64,000 nucleotides of DNA from a virus (IMGVR_UViG_3300009873_000009:8733-72732), one strand, 5' to 3'. Shown: positions 36,822-46,317, numbered from the stretch's first letter. Notes: generated by a model from the sequence alone, not told the origin. Numbers and translations: made by a program.

Positions 36822-38042
36822 CTACACAGCCAAGAAACTCTCGCCAGCGAGGACGCGCTGCGTAGCCTCGGCGGCCTTTTCCTGACGGGTCTTGTAGTAG
36901 TCCTGGGTGGTGGAATTACGGAGGTGGTCCAACAGGTCAGTGACGTTAAACGCCTCCCAGCCAGTGCGGTCCCAGCCCCACACTCCGCAGACCGCGAACG
37001 AGTCGCTGCCACGAAGCATGCCGGCAATGCTGTTCGCCTTGACGTAGAACTGGCCGACCGCCATCGGAGGAGCACCTTCCGGACGTCCATTCTGGCGATT
37101 CCACCTCCCCCACGACTGCTGGATATTCCCAATCATGTCGCCATACTTGCTGCGCGCCCAATCGGTATCCACGTAACCGACATGCGCCATAGCATGGGAC
37201 CAGCTACCTCGCTGGGAAGCGACACCGTACTCGTCCGTCTCGGACGAGAACCCGTAGCCCGAGCACACGTTAACGCCGAAGCCGAGGTAGATGGCGTCAC
37301 GGTACTCCTCGAGACTCTGGATGGGGATGATCCACTTCGCCTTGTTCTTGCGGCTCTCCTCTTCGAGCCAGGCAGGGACGCCTCGCGAACCCTGACCAGC
37401 CCAATTCTCGGTGGACGAGGAGAAGCGGGTGAAATCCACCGACTCCTTACCATCCGGACTGGTGTAGAGCTTGCGGAACAGAAGACCGCCTTTACCCTCC
37501 GGACCGATGTAGCGGCAGGGGGCCGAGCAGGACCAGCCATCGCCGTTGTAGCCGCGGCTGCGATAGATGTTCTCTTTGACAAGACGGCCCTTGTATTCCG
37601 TCTCGCCGAACAGCGCATCGTTCGCATGATCCATCTCAGCGGCGTTGCCCGTTCCGTGAACCGTGCAACTCCCGCGGGTCTGCGCCTCATCTCCTCCCCA
37701 AGAGGGAGAGAAGTGCAACGCCGCCACATACGGAGCCGCGACCTTCCCTGTCCCAATGCCCTTGGCCCAAGGGAAAACGTCGTACAACCGCGGCATCGCG
37801 GTCATAAAGCGGTCGCAGGCGTCCCGCTCCTCCTTGGCGACCAGGCTGGGATTGATCCCAAGGAAGCCCCGACTATAGATCTCGTGGAGCTCAGCCGGAG
37901 TGGGACCGGTGTTAAATTCGTCCGCACTTGGCAATCCGGGCGCGCCGAAAAGCGGGTTCGCTCCCGCCCGCTGAACGCTCTCGCCCCGAACAACCTGCCA
38001 AGCATCTTCGAATGACTTGTTCGTGAATTCTTTGATCGCCAT
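36822..38042 (-). CDS. papain-like (C1-type) cysteine peptidase, candidate lysin
   Basis: Q.RGSC (oxyanion Gln and catalytic Cys), WSHAMAHVGY (His), IQQSWG (variant of NSWG). Confidence 0.75.
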   Translation of the reverse strand: MAIKEFTNKSFEDAWQVVRGESVQRAGANPLFGAPGLPSADEFNTGPTPAELHEIYSRGFLGINPSLVAKEERDACDRFMTAMPRLYDVFPWAKGIGTGKVAAPYVAALHFSPSWGGDEAQTRGSCTVHGTGNAAEMDHANDALFGETEYKGRLVKENIYRSRGYNGDGWSCSAPCRYIGPEGKGGLLFRKLYTSPDGKESVDFTRFSSSTENWAGQGSRGVPAWLEEESRKNKAKWIIPIQSLEEYRDAIYLGFGVNVCSGYGFSSETDEYGVASQRGSWSHAMAHVGYVDTDWARSKYGDMIGNIQQSWGRWNRQNGRPEGAPPMAVGQFYVKANSIAGMLRGSDSFAVCGVWGWDRTGWEAFNVTDLLDHLRNSTTQDYYKTRQEKAAEATQRVLAGESFLAV

Positions 38043-38054
38043 CTGGTCTCTCCT

Positions 38055-38435
38055 TCAGAAGATTGGAGCTTGGGGGACTTCCCCTCGCCTGTGATGGATG
38101 GTGTGACCTCCTAACGCATCCCACTGAACCTCAAACACGAGCTCCGTCACGCGCACCCCTCGCACCATCTTCGTCCAATGGCGCACGTAGTGACATACCC
38201 GATAGCCGTCGTGGTAGACGCGCACCGGAACCAGCCGTTGATTGACCCTCACAATCGGATAGCCGCCTCGATGGACCTCTATCTCCCAGCGCTCCCCATT
38301 TAGCATCTGGAAAGTTTCATAGAAGCGGTTCCGGTCCAAGCTGTATCCCTCCGCCGGACCGCCCCACCACCAAGCGCCGTTCCACCAGAAGAGCGGAGCA
38401 ACAAGCAGCAGCAGAGCGGCCGGCTTCATTGTCAA
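38055..38435 (-). CDS. hypothetical protein with hydrophobic N-terminus
   Basis: MTMKPAALLLLVAPLFWW... Confidence 0.5.
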   Translation of the reverse strand: MTMKPAALLLLVAPLFWWNGAWWWGGPAEGYSLDRNRFYETFQMLNGERWEIEVHRGGYPIVRVNQRLVPVRVYHDGYRVCHYVRHWTKMVRGVRVTELVFEVQWDALGGHTIHHRRGEVPQAPIF

Positions 38436-38441
38436 ACCCTC

Positions 38442-39257
38442 CTACGGCAGGGATTCCGCAGCAGTGCGAATGGCCTCGCCGGTCTCCGTCCAGAGCGCGG
38501 CGATGCCCTTGACGTCATTCACCGTTAGCTTTCTATCTGCGAACATAGCAGCCTGCTTGTCCGCGAGCGGGCGGAAGAACGGAACGGCCCAGGCAGCAAT
38601 GGTGGTTGTGTCCAAAGCCTGATTATTCAAGTCCTTGGTCTTGCTCCGGAACGTCTCGAGGTTCCATCCTCCATTCCGAGCAGGGTCGCCGCCCTGACTA
38701 CCGACACTCAGATAGTTCTCGGCTACGGCCAACGCGCGCGCCTTGGTCATGGCCGGCTTCGGCACCGCGTCAAGCCACTTGCGAACCTCCCCTGCGAAGC
38801 CGGTCGGTGAGGGTCCGGGAGTCGGGCCAGGCGTTGGACCTGGCGTGGGACCGGGGACAGGGACGTTGCCATCCACTCGAAACTCCTTCGAGTACCGTTG
38901 AACATCGAACGAGACCGGAACCTTGAGCTTCTCCAGCTTGGCCTTGCTGATGTCGGTTGGATTGGCGGGGTCCGGAATCCAGACGGTGATCTCACGGAAC
39001 GTCTGCGTCAGGACGGTCGCTTCAGCCCAGTGCGCTCCCGGAGGCGCCCACACGTGCAGTTTCTTCCCGCCCTCCAGCTCGAAGTATTTGCTCGCCGGAT
39101 CGACCCGCCAGGAGATGGTGATCATTCCGTCCGCGGGGACAACACAGTTGCAGCCCACCACAATCGGGTCGTAAGGGGCGATCACGTCGGGAACCACCAC
39201 CTGCGCCTGGCACAGCGCGGCAGTCGTGAGCAGAATCAGCAGAGAAACGAATCGCAT
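38442..39257 (-). CDS. secreted protein with PGPT linker
   Basis: Signal peptide ..ALCQAQ, beta domain, (PGPT)4 linker, helical C-terminal domain. Confidence 0.65.
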   Translation of the reverse strand: MRFVSLLILLTTAALCQAQVVVPDVIAPYDPIVVGCNCVVPADGMITISWRVDPASKYFELEGGKKLHVWAPPGAHWAEATVLTQTFREITVWIPDPANPTDISKAKLEKLKVPVSFDVQRYSKEFRVDGNVPVPGPTPGPTPGPTPGPSPTGFAGEVRKWLDAVPKPAMTKARALAVAENYLSVGSQGGDPARNGGWNLETFRSKTKDLNNQALDTTTIAAWAVPFFRPLADKQAAMFADRKLTVNDVKGIAALWTETGEAIRTAAESLP

Positions 39258-39281
39258 CTTCAGGTCTCCTAGAGAAAAGGT

Positions 39282-39329
39282 GAAAGAAACGAGGACGGGA
39301 GCCAGCGGGCAAGGCAACTCCCGTCCTCG
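39282..39329 (-). terminator. probable intrinsic terminator
   Basis: GAGGACGGGAG/CTCCCGTCCTC 11-bp stem followed by TTTCTTT on the - strand. Confidence 0.55.
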
Positions 39330-39351
39330 GCTCGGCCCATCCCGCCGAGGC

Positions 39352-39723
39352 TTAATGAGTGTCGAAGGGGTTCTGCGTGGTGGGGGTGACGGGCTGCGGC
39401 TTCGTGCTGTCCTTCACCTTCTGCCGTAGCCAGGTGAGCGCCGGGCGGACCATCGGGATCGTATAGGGGTCGATGAACCACCCCTCCACGAAGTCGTTGA
39501 TCGGCAGGTCCACGTCCACCACGTACTTCTTGACGAGCGCTTCCACGTCCGTCACGAGCTCGTTGAACGCGGCGTCGTCGTCACCGATGCCGACCATGAT
39601 GAGCTGAAGCGCCACCATGACATCGTTGCCGATTTCCATCCCCTCCGCGATGGTGATTCGACCATCCGCGAGAGCGTCTTTCAGATTTGCCACCACCTTC
39701 TCCAACGCCGCTTGAAATCGCAT
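39352..39723 (-). CDS. hypothetical protein
   Basis: 123-aa helical ORF. Confidence 0.55.
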   Translation of the reverse strand: MRFQAALEKVVANLKDALADGRITIAEGMEIGNDVMVALQLIMVGIGDDDAAFNELVTDVEALVKKYVVDVDLPINDFVEGWFIDPYTIPMVRPALTWLRQKVKDSTKPQPVTPTTQNPFDTH

Positions 39724-39794
39724 GGTCTGTCTCCTTGAACCAGGAACTAGAAACGCAAGTAAGGCGTTGTATAGAACGGCACGTCCTCTGTGGT

Positions 39795-40073
39795 CTACGG
39801 GATCGCGCCCTCCGGTATCTCCGGCAAGGGTGGGACTTCCCCCTCAACGATCTCCAGGTCTTCCAGGACTCGATTTGCCAGCATGTAGAACGGCCAAGGC
39901 TCCTCGAGGAGCTGCTTCCCCTCCCACGGTTCCATGCCTGGCGCATGGAGACTTCCCACCAGGGACGCCTCGGCCTCGATCAGCAGAATAGCGGGCTGGT
40001 CCCCGGCCACTTCCCCCTTGTCCCAGGAGACCTCGAGTGGGACGCCCGCTCGTGTGCCACGTAGCCTGAACAT
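39795..40073 (-). CDS. small protein coupled to MuF gene (possible immunity/partner)
   Basis: Its ATG overlaps the MuF stop; 92 aa, acidic. Confidence 0.55.
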   Translation of the reverse strand: MFRLRGTRAGVPLEVSWDKGEVAGDQPAILLIEAEASLVGSLHAPGMEPWEGKQLLEEPWPFYMLANRVLEDLEIVEGEVPPLPEIPEGAIP

Positions 40074-43000
40074 TAGAGATCAAACCCTACAAGAATGCCA
40101 AGGGTGAAAGCAGCCTGTTCCTCATCAACCGCTTCGTCTAGTCCATAGGCTCCTTCCGCTCCCATGGACAAGATCTCGAAGTGGTCATCTCGACCGTAGA
40201 CGCGACCGGAGTAGTGGTTGAAGAACTCATCCTTGTAGCCAACCTCGGAGCTTCTGCCGTTGATGGCTGTTACCGTTTCACCTGGCTTGCGACGCTTCTG
40301 CAAGTAAGCAGACTCCACATGACCCAGCTGGGTTTTGGACTTGCGGCGATTGCGGCGGACGGACGTGTTCTCCACTACGTGCATGAGCTCATGAACCGCG
40401 GTGCCTGTCGTCCCTCGTTCCGAGCCCCCACTGATCCCAACTTCAATCAGGTGCGAGAAGACATCACCCTTCTGATAACCACGAGCCACTCCCTTCACTG
40501 TGATGCTTTTCTCGCTCGCGATCACCTTCAACCAATCCTTCGGCAGAAACTCCTTGCCCCGCTGCATTGCCTCGAAAGCCTTCTTATGTCCCTCGGAACC
40601 TTTAGCAGCTCGCATGTCAAGAGTCACACCACCGAAGTCTCGAACCTCCTTCAGCAGTCCTAGTACCTGCTCCGGCTTGGGCTTGTGGCGTTCCCGCAGC
40701 TTCCGAATCTCCTCTGCCGTAGCATTGTGCCGTTCACTAACCTCCTTGTATTTCCCCTCCCCATACTTCCGGTCCATCCAGTCCGCAAAGCCGAACGCCT
40801 TGTCCTTCGGCGCGGACTTGCGGTCTTCTGTCCACTCCCTAATGAACCTGTCCATCTCCGCTTGATTCGAGTCAGCTTCCCCTTGCAAAGCAGACAGCCG
40901 ACGTTCCTTATCTGGATTGAAACCCTGACGATTCTTCAGCTCCTCTTGCACTACCCTGCCGACGCGAACAGCGTCCTCCCACTTGGTTACACCCTTATCC
41001 CCAATCTCAGCCCACACCCGCTTCGAGAATTCCGTAGCCTCGCCAGTATGGGTGAGCCAGTCCGGCTTGCCTTCCACTCGAGGAGCGGGCGTCGTTGTCG
41101 TGATCGTAATGATGGGTCGCGGCGTTGTGGTAGGACGCGGGGCGATGAGCGGCTTGGGAGTGGTCGTTGTTCCTCCCGCAACCGGCCGTCCCGTGGTGGT
41201 CGTTGCGCCCTTGCTCGCTGTCAGGAACGCAGCCTGCTCCGGCGTCAGCTCGGCAGGAGCGCCACGCTTCTCCCATCCGCCTAGCTGTGCTCGGATAGTG
41301 GCATCGGAAGCTTTGAGGCCAGCAGCATCGAGCGCCGCCTTCGCCTCGCGGAAGGAGAACCCCTCCTTGCCCATCCAACGCACTACGGCTGTAGCGGCAT
41401 GGTCGCTGAATTCCGGAGCAATAGGCTTCGGGTCTACCGGCGGAGCTGTAGTAAGTGGCCGCGGCGGAAGCGTCGTTGTCACGTACACAGGAACAAGCGC
41501 CGGAACCCGCTTCACGCCAGCAAGCTTGCGAGCTGCGTGACGGTGATTGCCGTCCAGAATACGCCCGTCCTTGTCCAAGCCGATAGGAGCATAGTCTCCT
41601 AACCGGCCCGAGCTGCCGAAGCTCTGGATATGCTTGGACAAGAAGCGGCTGGAATCGTTGATGTAGTCATCGCCGAACTGTATCGGCTTGGCCTCCTCCA
41701 GGTCCACCATCCGCAACTCAAAGCCATCTGGAATCTGCTGTCCCGCTCGCGTGTAGAACGTAAGCAGACCTTGGATTTCGTAATCAGCTAACGCAGCTAC
41801 CTCAATGGAGACATCCTCCCCAATTTTTAGCAGCTTAGCATTGACCAGCTTGGGATTAACCCGAACTGCCCCTTCATGCTCCTTGAGCTTAGCCTGTAAC
41901 TCGGCAAGCTCCTCCTTGCTCCAATTGTCCCTGTCCCGGATGTCCTCACGCGAGGGAAGGGTGAGGCGGCTTGGTGGCGGCTTGGGTGTGGGGGTTGTGG
42001 TGGTCGTTGTGGTCGTAAGCTGAGGGTCGACCGGGGGCTTCGGTGGGGGCTTGGGGGGAAGTACGTTGCCGGCCCTCACGCCTCGCAGATACTCCGCCTG
42101 TTCCAAGGTGAAGTCAGCCGGCGTTCCCCGTTTCTCCCATCCGCCTAGCTGCGCTCGGATGGTGGCGTCCGAGACGTCAACACCCAGGTCGGCGAGGACT
42201 CGCTTCGCATCCTTGAAGCTCCACCCCTCCTTGCCCATCCAGCGGATGGCCTCCGTCGGCTGCTTGTTGAACAAGCTCGGTGCGGGAGCGCCTACCGTAA
42301 TCACATCTTGAGCAAAGGAGCGTTGCTGCGGTACGTCTAAGTCCGCGCCGGCCCACGCACTCTCCTCGTGCGGGTCTTCTGCTTTCGGTTTCTCGGCTCG
42401 CACGGAGGCAGACACAGCCTTGCCGATTTTAGCCTTGGTCCGCTTCTGGCCCTTTTCCTTGCGGTCGGCATCAGCAGGCACCCAAGCGCAACGGCAATTG
42501 GGATGGCGGGGGATGAGGCCTCGCGCCTCCTTCACCTTTAACACCACCCCTTCCATCGGTCCGCAGAGCGAGCAAACCTTGTCATCCCCTGCTGTAGACC
42601 ACTCCGCCATCACGCCCACTTCCTCGACGCCAAGACGATCAAAAGCGTCTAGCTGTCCCTCCGCGTGAGCGTGAATCATCTCCGTTCGGGCGATGGTCAT
42701 GGCCCGTTGCTTGGAGATGCCTATGGACTTGTGAATCTCCCCCGCCAGCTTCTTCGGATTCTGGCCGTGCGCAAGACCATCGGAGAGGATCTGGCTGAGG
42801 CGGGACGACATGCTAGCCGTCACCCCCTTCAGTCCCTCGAAGCTGCGAGTAGACAGCGCCTCGATACGCTTCGTGCCAGTCGGTGAGTCAAAAGCCTCGG
42901 TGAGAAACTGCTGCCGAGTCCCCGCATGGAAGTCGAGCTTCTCTGCCATAGCCTCCGGTCGAGCTTGGGCGAACGATCGCACGGTGCCATGCTTGTAGCT

Positions 43001-43306
43001 AGACCGAATATGCTCCGCGAGCCATGGCTCCTGCTTCTGGCCTGGTTTGACCTGGAGGATGCCGGCATCCACCTGCTTCTTCAGCCACTCGCGATACTGG
43101 TCAATCTTCTTGTCGTCGGACAGAAACTTCCAACGCACGTTCAGCGCGAGGGGGTTCGCAGGCGCAAGACCGAAGCAGTCCTCCTTATAGATCAGATCCC
43201 ACGAGGCGTTCTCCAGAGCAGTCCAACGCCGCAGCATGTCGGCGAGGAACCGCTTCCGGATTGCGCCGGTTCTGGTGGGATCGGTCCTTAGGGGGTTCGC
43301 GGCCAA
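40073..43306 (-). CDS. MuF/SPP1 gp7-like head morphogenesis protein with ParB-like and HExxH metallopeptidase extensions
   Basis: RA.TIARTE...AH..G, W.TAGDDKVC..C, PRHPNCRC (MuF); ILDGNHRHAA (ParB/Srx); TAVHELMH...EILSMG (zincin). Confidence 0.85.
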   Translation of the reverse strand: MAANPLRTDPTRTGAIRKRFLADMLRRWTALENASWDLIYKEDCFGLAPANPLALNVRWKFLSDDKKIDQYREWLKKQVDAGILQVKPGQKQEPWLAEHIRSSYKHGTVRSFAQARPEAMAEKLDFHAGTRQQFLTEAFDSPTGTKRIEALSTRSFEGLKGVTASMSSRLSQILSDGLAHGQNPKKLAGEIHKSIGISKQRAMTIARTEMIHAHAEGQLDAFDRLGVEEVGVMAEWSTAGDDKVCSLCGPMEGVVLKVKEARGLIPRHPNCRCAWVPADADRKEKGQKRTKAKIGKAVSASVRAEKPKAEDPHEESAWAGADLDVPQQRSFAQDVITVGAPAPSLFNKQPTEAIRWMGKEGWSFKDAKRVLADLGVDVSDATIRAQLGGWEKRGTPADFTLEQAEYLRGVRAGNVLPPKPPPKPPVDPQLTTTTTTTTPTPKPPPSRLTLPSREDIRDRDNWSKEELAELQAKLKEHEGAVRVNPKLVNAKLLKIGEDVSIEVAALADYEIQGLLTFYTRAGQQIPDGFELRMVDLEEAKPIQFGDDYINDSSRFLSKHIQSFGSSGRLGDYAPIGLDKDGRILDGNHRHAARKLAGVKRVPALVPVYVTTTLPPRPLTTAPPVDPKPIAPEFSDHAATAVVRWMGKEGFSFREAKAALDAAGLKASDATIRAQLGGWEKRGAPAELTPEQAAFLTASKGATTTTGRPVAGGTTTTPKPLIAPRPTTTPRPIITITTTTPAPRVEGKPDWLTHTGEATEFSKRVWAEIGDKGVTKWEDAVRVGRVVQEELKNRQGFNPDKERRLSALQGEADSNQAEMDRFIREWTEDRKSAPKDKAFGFADWMDRKYGEGKYKEVSERHNATAEEIRKLRERHKPKPEQVLGLLKEVRDFGGVTLDMRAAKGSEGHKKAFEAMQRGKEFLPKDWLKVIASEKSITVKGVARGYQKGDVFSHLIEVGISGGSERGTTGTAVHELMHVVENTSVRRNRRKSKTQLGHVESAYLQKRRKPGETVTAINGRSSEVGYKDEFFNHYSGRVYGRDDHFEILSMGAEGAYGLDEAVDEEQAAFTLGILVGFDL

Positions 43307-43321
43307 GCGGTCTCCTCAAGT

Positions 43322-43366
43322 AAAAGAAAACCGCCGCCAGGGGAAGATGCGAGCCCCGGCGGCGGT
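43322..43366 (-). terminator. intrinsic terminator
   Basis: ACCGCCGCC(A)GGGG/CCCCGGCGGCGGT stem followed by TTTTCTTTT on the - strand. Confidence 0.65.
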
Positions 43367-43400
43367 GAGCTCAAGCGCCGAGCGTGCGGACGCGAGCTAC

Positions 43401-43799
43401 TTAGAAGGTGATGGCGCCGCTGATGACAAGCGAGCCATCGGGGAGGACAATCACCAGATACCACGTGTCCGACCCATTCTCGCCGATGGCGACATCGATG
43501 TCCCCGTCGGCCTCGGACACGAGAAGCCCCGCCTTGTTCGCGACGTTCTCGATCATGAGACCATCGGTTCCGGCGGCGACCGTGTCAGGGGCCGTCCCAG
43601 CCAGCGAGCTGCCGTCGGCATCATCCGAGAGATAGAACTGCACGGCACCTGGCGTGTCCAAGTCGTTGCCGTTCGCGTCCTGGAGCTGGACGCTCACCGT
43701 AATGGAATCATTGTCCTCCGCACCAACGCTGATGCTGGCGCGTCCGACGTGATTCGCGGCCTTGAAAGGCGAGGCCGCCGCGGGAAGTTTGCCGCTCAT
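43401..43799 (-). CDS. hypothetical beta-rich protein, likely structural
   Basis: 132-aa ORF in the late operon. Confidence 0.55.
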   Translation of the reverse strand: MSGKLPAAASPFKAANHVGRASISVGAEDNDSITVSVQLQDANGNDLDTPGAVQFYLSDDADGSSLAGTAPDTVAAGTDGLMIENVANKAGLLVSEADGDIDVAIGENGSDTWYLVIVLPDGSLVISGAITF

Positions 43800-43990
43800 G
43801 ACTCATCTCCTGTGTGATGGACTTTGAAGATCTCTTCCAAGGCCTCAGCCATGGTCAGCACTGCCAGAAACGGCGCATTCTTAGCACAATGCTCGACGTA
43901 GCCACGTAGCCAAGCCTGTGCTGTCTGGTCGTTCCGGAGTGACCGTTGAATGGCGCATTGTAACGTGGCAAGCTCTTGATCGGGACTCAT
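43796..43990 (-). CDS. small hypothetical protein
   Basis: MSPDQELATLQ...; overlapping start/stop junctions. Confidence 0.45.
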   Translation of the reverse strand: MSPDQELATLQCAIQRSLRNDQTAQAWLRGYVEHCAKNAPFLAVLTMAEALEEIFKVHHTGDES

Positions 43991-44226
43991 TGCAGCTTCT
44001 CTCCCTTTCTCAAGATCTGCACGAACTCCATGCGCAAGGGCGGGCCGCCTCCGTCCTCCAAGAATCGGCACGCCTGATAGACGTAGGTAAGCGGGTACTT
44101 CCGCGTGCCTCCGGAGTGCGTATAGATGGGAAGCTTCCCAGGGCAGTCGATCAGTTTGACATGCCGGCGATCTCCATCCAACGGACCGCCGGCAAACTCA
44201 CACTCAGCCCGCAGGTAGTCAGCCAT
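43987..44226 (-). CDS. small hypothetical protein (GGPxDG motif)
   Basis: EFAGGPLDG motif, the same as in ORF 3009-3209. Confidence 0.5.
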   Translation of the reverse strand: MADYLRAECEFAGGPLDGDRRHVKLIDCPGKLPIYTHSGGTRKYPLTYVYQACRFLEDGGGPPLRMEFVQILRKGEKLQ

Positions 44227-44371
44227 CTTCGTCCTCCTCCCCATCCTCGGAAGGAACCACCCCTTCGTGACCGCACAGGTGGCAGTAGTAAACGAGCCCG
44301 CCATCCACCTCGCTACGTTCGAAGTCGTCCACTTCTCGCGAACAGCTATCGCATCGGATTGGGTGGTCCAT
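44219..44371 (-). CDS. 50-aa zinc-ribbon peptide
   Basis: MDHPIRCDSC...YYCHLCGH; AAGGAGG RBS 8 nt upstream; overlaps the portal 3' end. Not in the ORF track. Confidence 0.55.
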   Translation of the reverse strand: MDHPIRCDSCSREVDDFERSEVDGGLVYYCHLCGHEGVVPSEDGEEDEDG

Positions 44372-46022
44372 TCGTCGGTCCTCCTTGGCCAGGCGGTCCC
44401 TTCTGAGGTGGTCCGTTCGGAGGTCCGTTGGGAGGCGGCGGGGGAGGGATCGGTTTCCCGTCGGGCGTCATGCCGAGCTCAGCCATCGCAGCACGTTCCT
44501 CCTCCTGCTTGGCTTCGAGCTCGACCTGATGCTCCATCGCCGCTTCCATAATGGCCTCAGCCTCGTCCTCCTCGAGACCTAGGATGATGGTGAGATACTC
44601 CTTCGGCGGGATGAGCGTCTCGACATCCCCGCCCACGTACTTCGCAAGCGCCTCCGTCTTCTTGGCCGCAATGTCCACCTTGTCCTTCGGAGCTGGTGCG
44701 TTGAGGTCAGGCCAATGGACGTCGTACTGCTCCGGCTCCGGCAGCACTCCCGCGGCAATGAGGCGGTCCACGAACTCCCGAATGATCATCGGCGTCACGT
44801 AGCGCTGCTGACGGCGAATGATGCGGTTGTTCCACGTCTCCTGGTCTTGCGTGGACGCCAGATGAGCCGCCTCGCTCCCGAGGAAGATGCGATAGGGCGC
44901 TCCGATGGTGATGGCAATTGCCATGAGCTGGGCCTTGATCTGCGGCTCCGGGCTCACCACTTGCGGCGCGAGGGACTTGGCCTCGACTCCTTCAAGCGTC
45001 AGGTAGCGTTGCAGTCCCTCCGCCCACTTCTCGATCTCGCCTTTCAGCTCATCGCGGTCAATGGCGATAGTGTTCTCCGGGTCGCCCTCGAAGCTGAAGC
45101 CAGGCAGAGCGCCACGCCAATACATCTCCGCCGAGCCGCCGAGCACCTTCTGCAAGTCGAGGAGGCGGTTCCAGACAGGGCGCTGCCGCGGAGTGCCGAA
45201 CGTCTCACTCCCCTTGCGGTTGTCCGCGACATGGATGACGTGAGTCCAATGCACCTTAGTGGACTTGCTATCCGGCAGCGTCTGCGCCGAGGCCATCTCC
45301 GTGGGAGTGAACAGCGTGATATTGTAATACTTCGGCAGGCCATAGCGAGGATTCGTCACGTCCTGTTCGTACTCTGCGATCTTAGCCGCCTCCTCATCAA
45401 ACGGCCGCAGATACAGCAGCTGCTTGGAAACTCCCTCCACCGAAGGCGCAACATCCAGCACGCCCTCCGGAGGGATTGTGGTCGTTGTAGGCGCTCCTGT
45501 GGTCGTAGTCCCAGGCGGTTCGGCGTTCTCGACCGGCTCTTTCTCTGGCTTCGGTGCCTTGCGCTTGACGTTGGACGTCTTCGGGGGCTTGGTCTTCTGA
45601 GACAGACGTGCCTTGACCGCCTCCTCAACGCCGGGGACAGGCTCCTCAAGTGACGTGCCGAAGCCGAGCAGGAGCACGCCATAGTGACCAATGCCGGAGA
45701 GCTCGTCAATCCGTTGTAGATAGTGGAAGACGTTGTGGAGCTTCGCCAGGTCTTCCCAAGCCTGCTCGAATTCGGTCAGCTCCGGTTCTTCCTGCTCGAA
45801 GATTTCCGGTTCAACCACCCAGGTCTCCGTCGGGTAGATAGAGACAACACGCTCCGCAACGTCGCCACGATCGTAGGACTTGCGATACTCCGCCGGTGTT
45901 ATGGAATCGGGATAGTTACACTCGTCCCAGAGGTCACGGCCGGTCTCTCCCGTGATGCGTCTAAGCCATGCGAGGCGTTGCGACGCAATGTTATTGAGGA
46001 CCATTTCCAAAGTCTTGCTCAT
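44346..46022 (-). CDS. portal protein (DUF1073-like)
   Basis: NP.YG.PK.Y, HWTHVIH, G.P..RPVWNRL.DL.K..GG..E..W, G.P.RI..G.E; lies downstream of terL. Confidence 0.85.
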   Translation of the reverse strand: MSKTLEMVLNNIASQRLAWLRRITGETGRDLWDECNYPDSITPAEYRKSYDRGDVAERVVSIYPTETWVVEPEIFEQEEPELTEFEQAWEDLAKLHNVFHYLQRIDELSGIGHYGVLLLGFGTSLEEPVPGVEEAVKARLSQKTKPPKTSNVKRKAPKPEKEPVENAEPPGTTTTGAPTTTTIPPEGVLDVAPSVEGVSKQLLYLRPFDEEAAKIAEYEQDVTNPRYGLPKYYNITLFTPTEMASAQTLPDSKSTKVHWTHVIHVADNRKGSETFGTPRQRPVWNRLLDLQKVLGGSAEMYWRGALPGFSFEGDPENTIAIDRDELKGEIEKWAEGLQRYLTLEGVEAKSLAPQVVSPEPQIKAQLMAIAITIGAPYRIFLGSEAAHLASTQDQETWNNRIIRRQQRYVTPMIIREFVDRLIAAGVLPEPEQYDVHWPDLNAPAPKDKVDIAAKKTEALAKYVGGDVETLIPPKEYLTIILGLEEDEAEAIMEAAMEHQVELEAKQEEERAAMAELGMTPDGKPIPPPPPPNGPPNGPPQKGPPGQGGPTNGPPNPMR

Positions 46023-46089
46023 TTGTCAGCTCCTCGAGGAGTACGAAGGGTCGCCGATCAATCCAAGGACGTCAAACGACTGGTCCCAC

Positions 46090-46317
46090 TTACGCAGGCG
46101 AATTGGAGCGTTTTGCTAGAGCCTTGGCACGGCGGCTCAGCCCAGGCAGGCGGCTCGCGGCGGCTCGCGCCTTCTCCTGCGCTTGGACCTGTTTCTCGAC
46201 AACGATCTGAGCCACAACCTCCTCACTGAACGTCGGAGGGGTCCGCCCCTCGAAGTCCGCCAGCTGGGATTGGAGCTCGTCCTTGGACAGACGCCGACTG
46301 CGATCAATGGTCTCCAT
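46090..46317 (-). CDS. hypothetical protein
   Basis: 75-aa ORF between terL and portal. Confidence 0.45.
   Translation of the reverse strand: METIDRSRRLSKDELQSQLADFEGRTPPTFSEEVVAQIVVEKQVQAQEKARAAASRLPGLSRRAKALAKRSNSPA

Noticed and set aside
44346-46022. Anti-CBASS Acb1 annotation often attached to DUF1073 proteins
   Set aside because: Synteny after terL and the motif pattern indicate a portal; no 2H-phosphoesterase HxT motif pair is evident.
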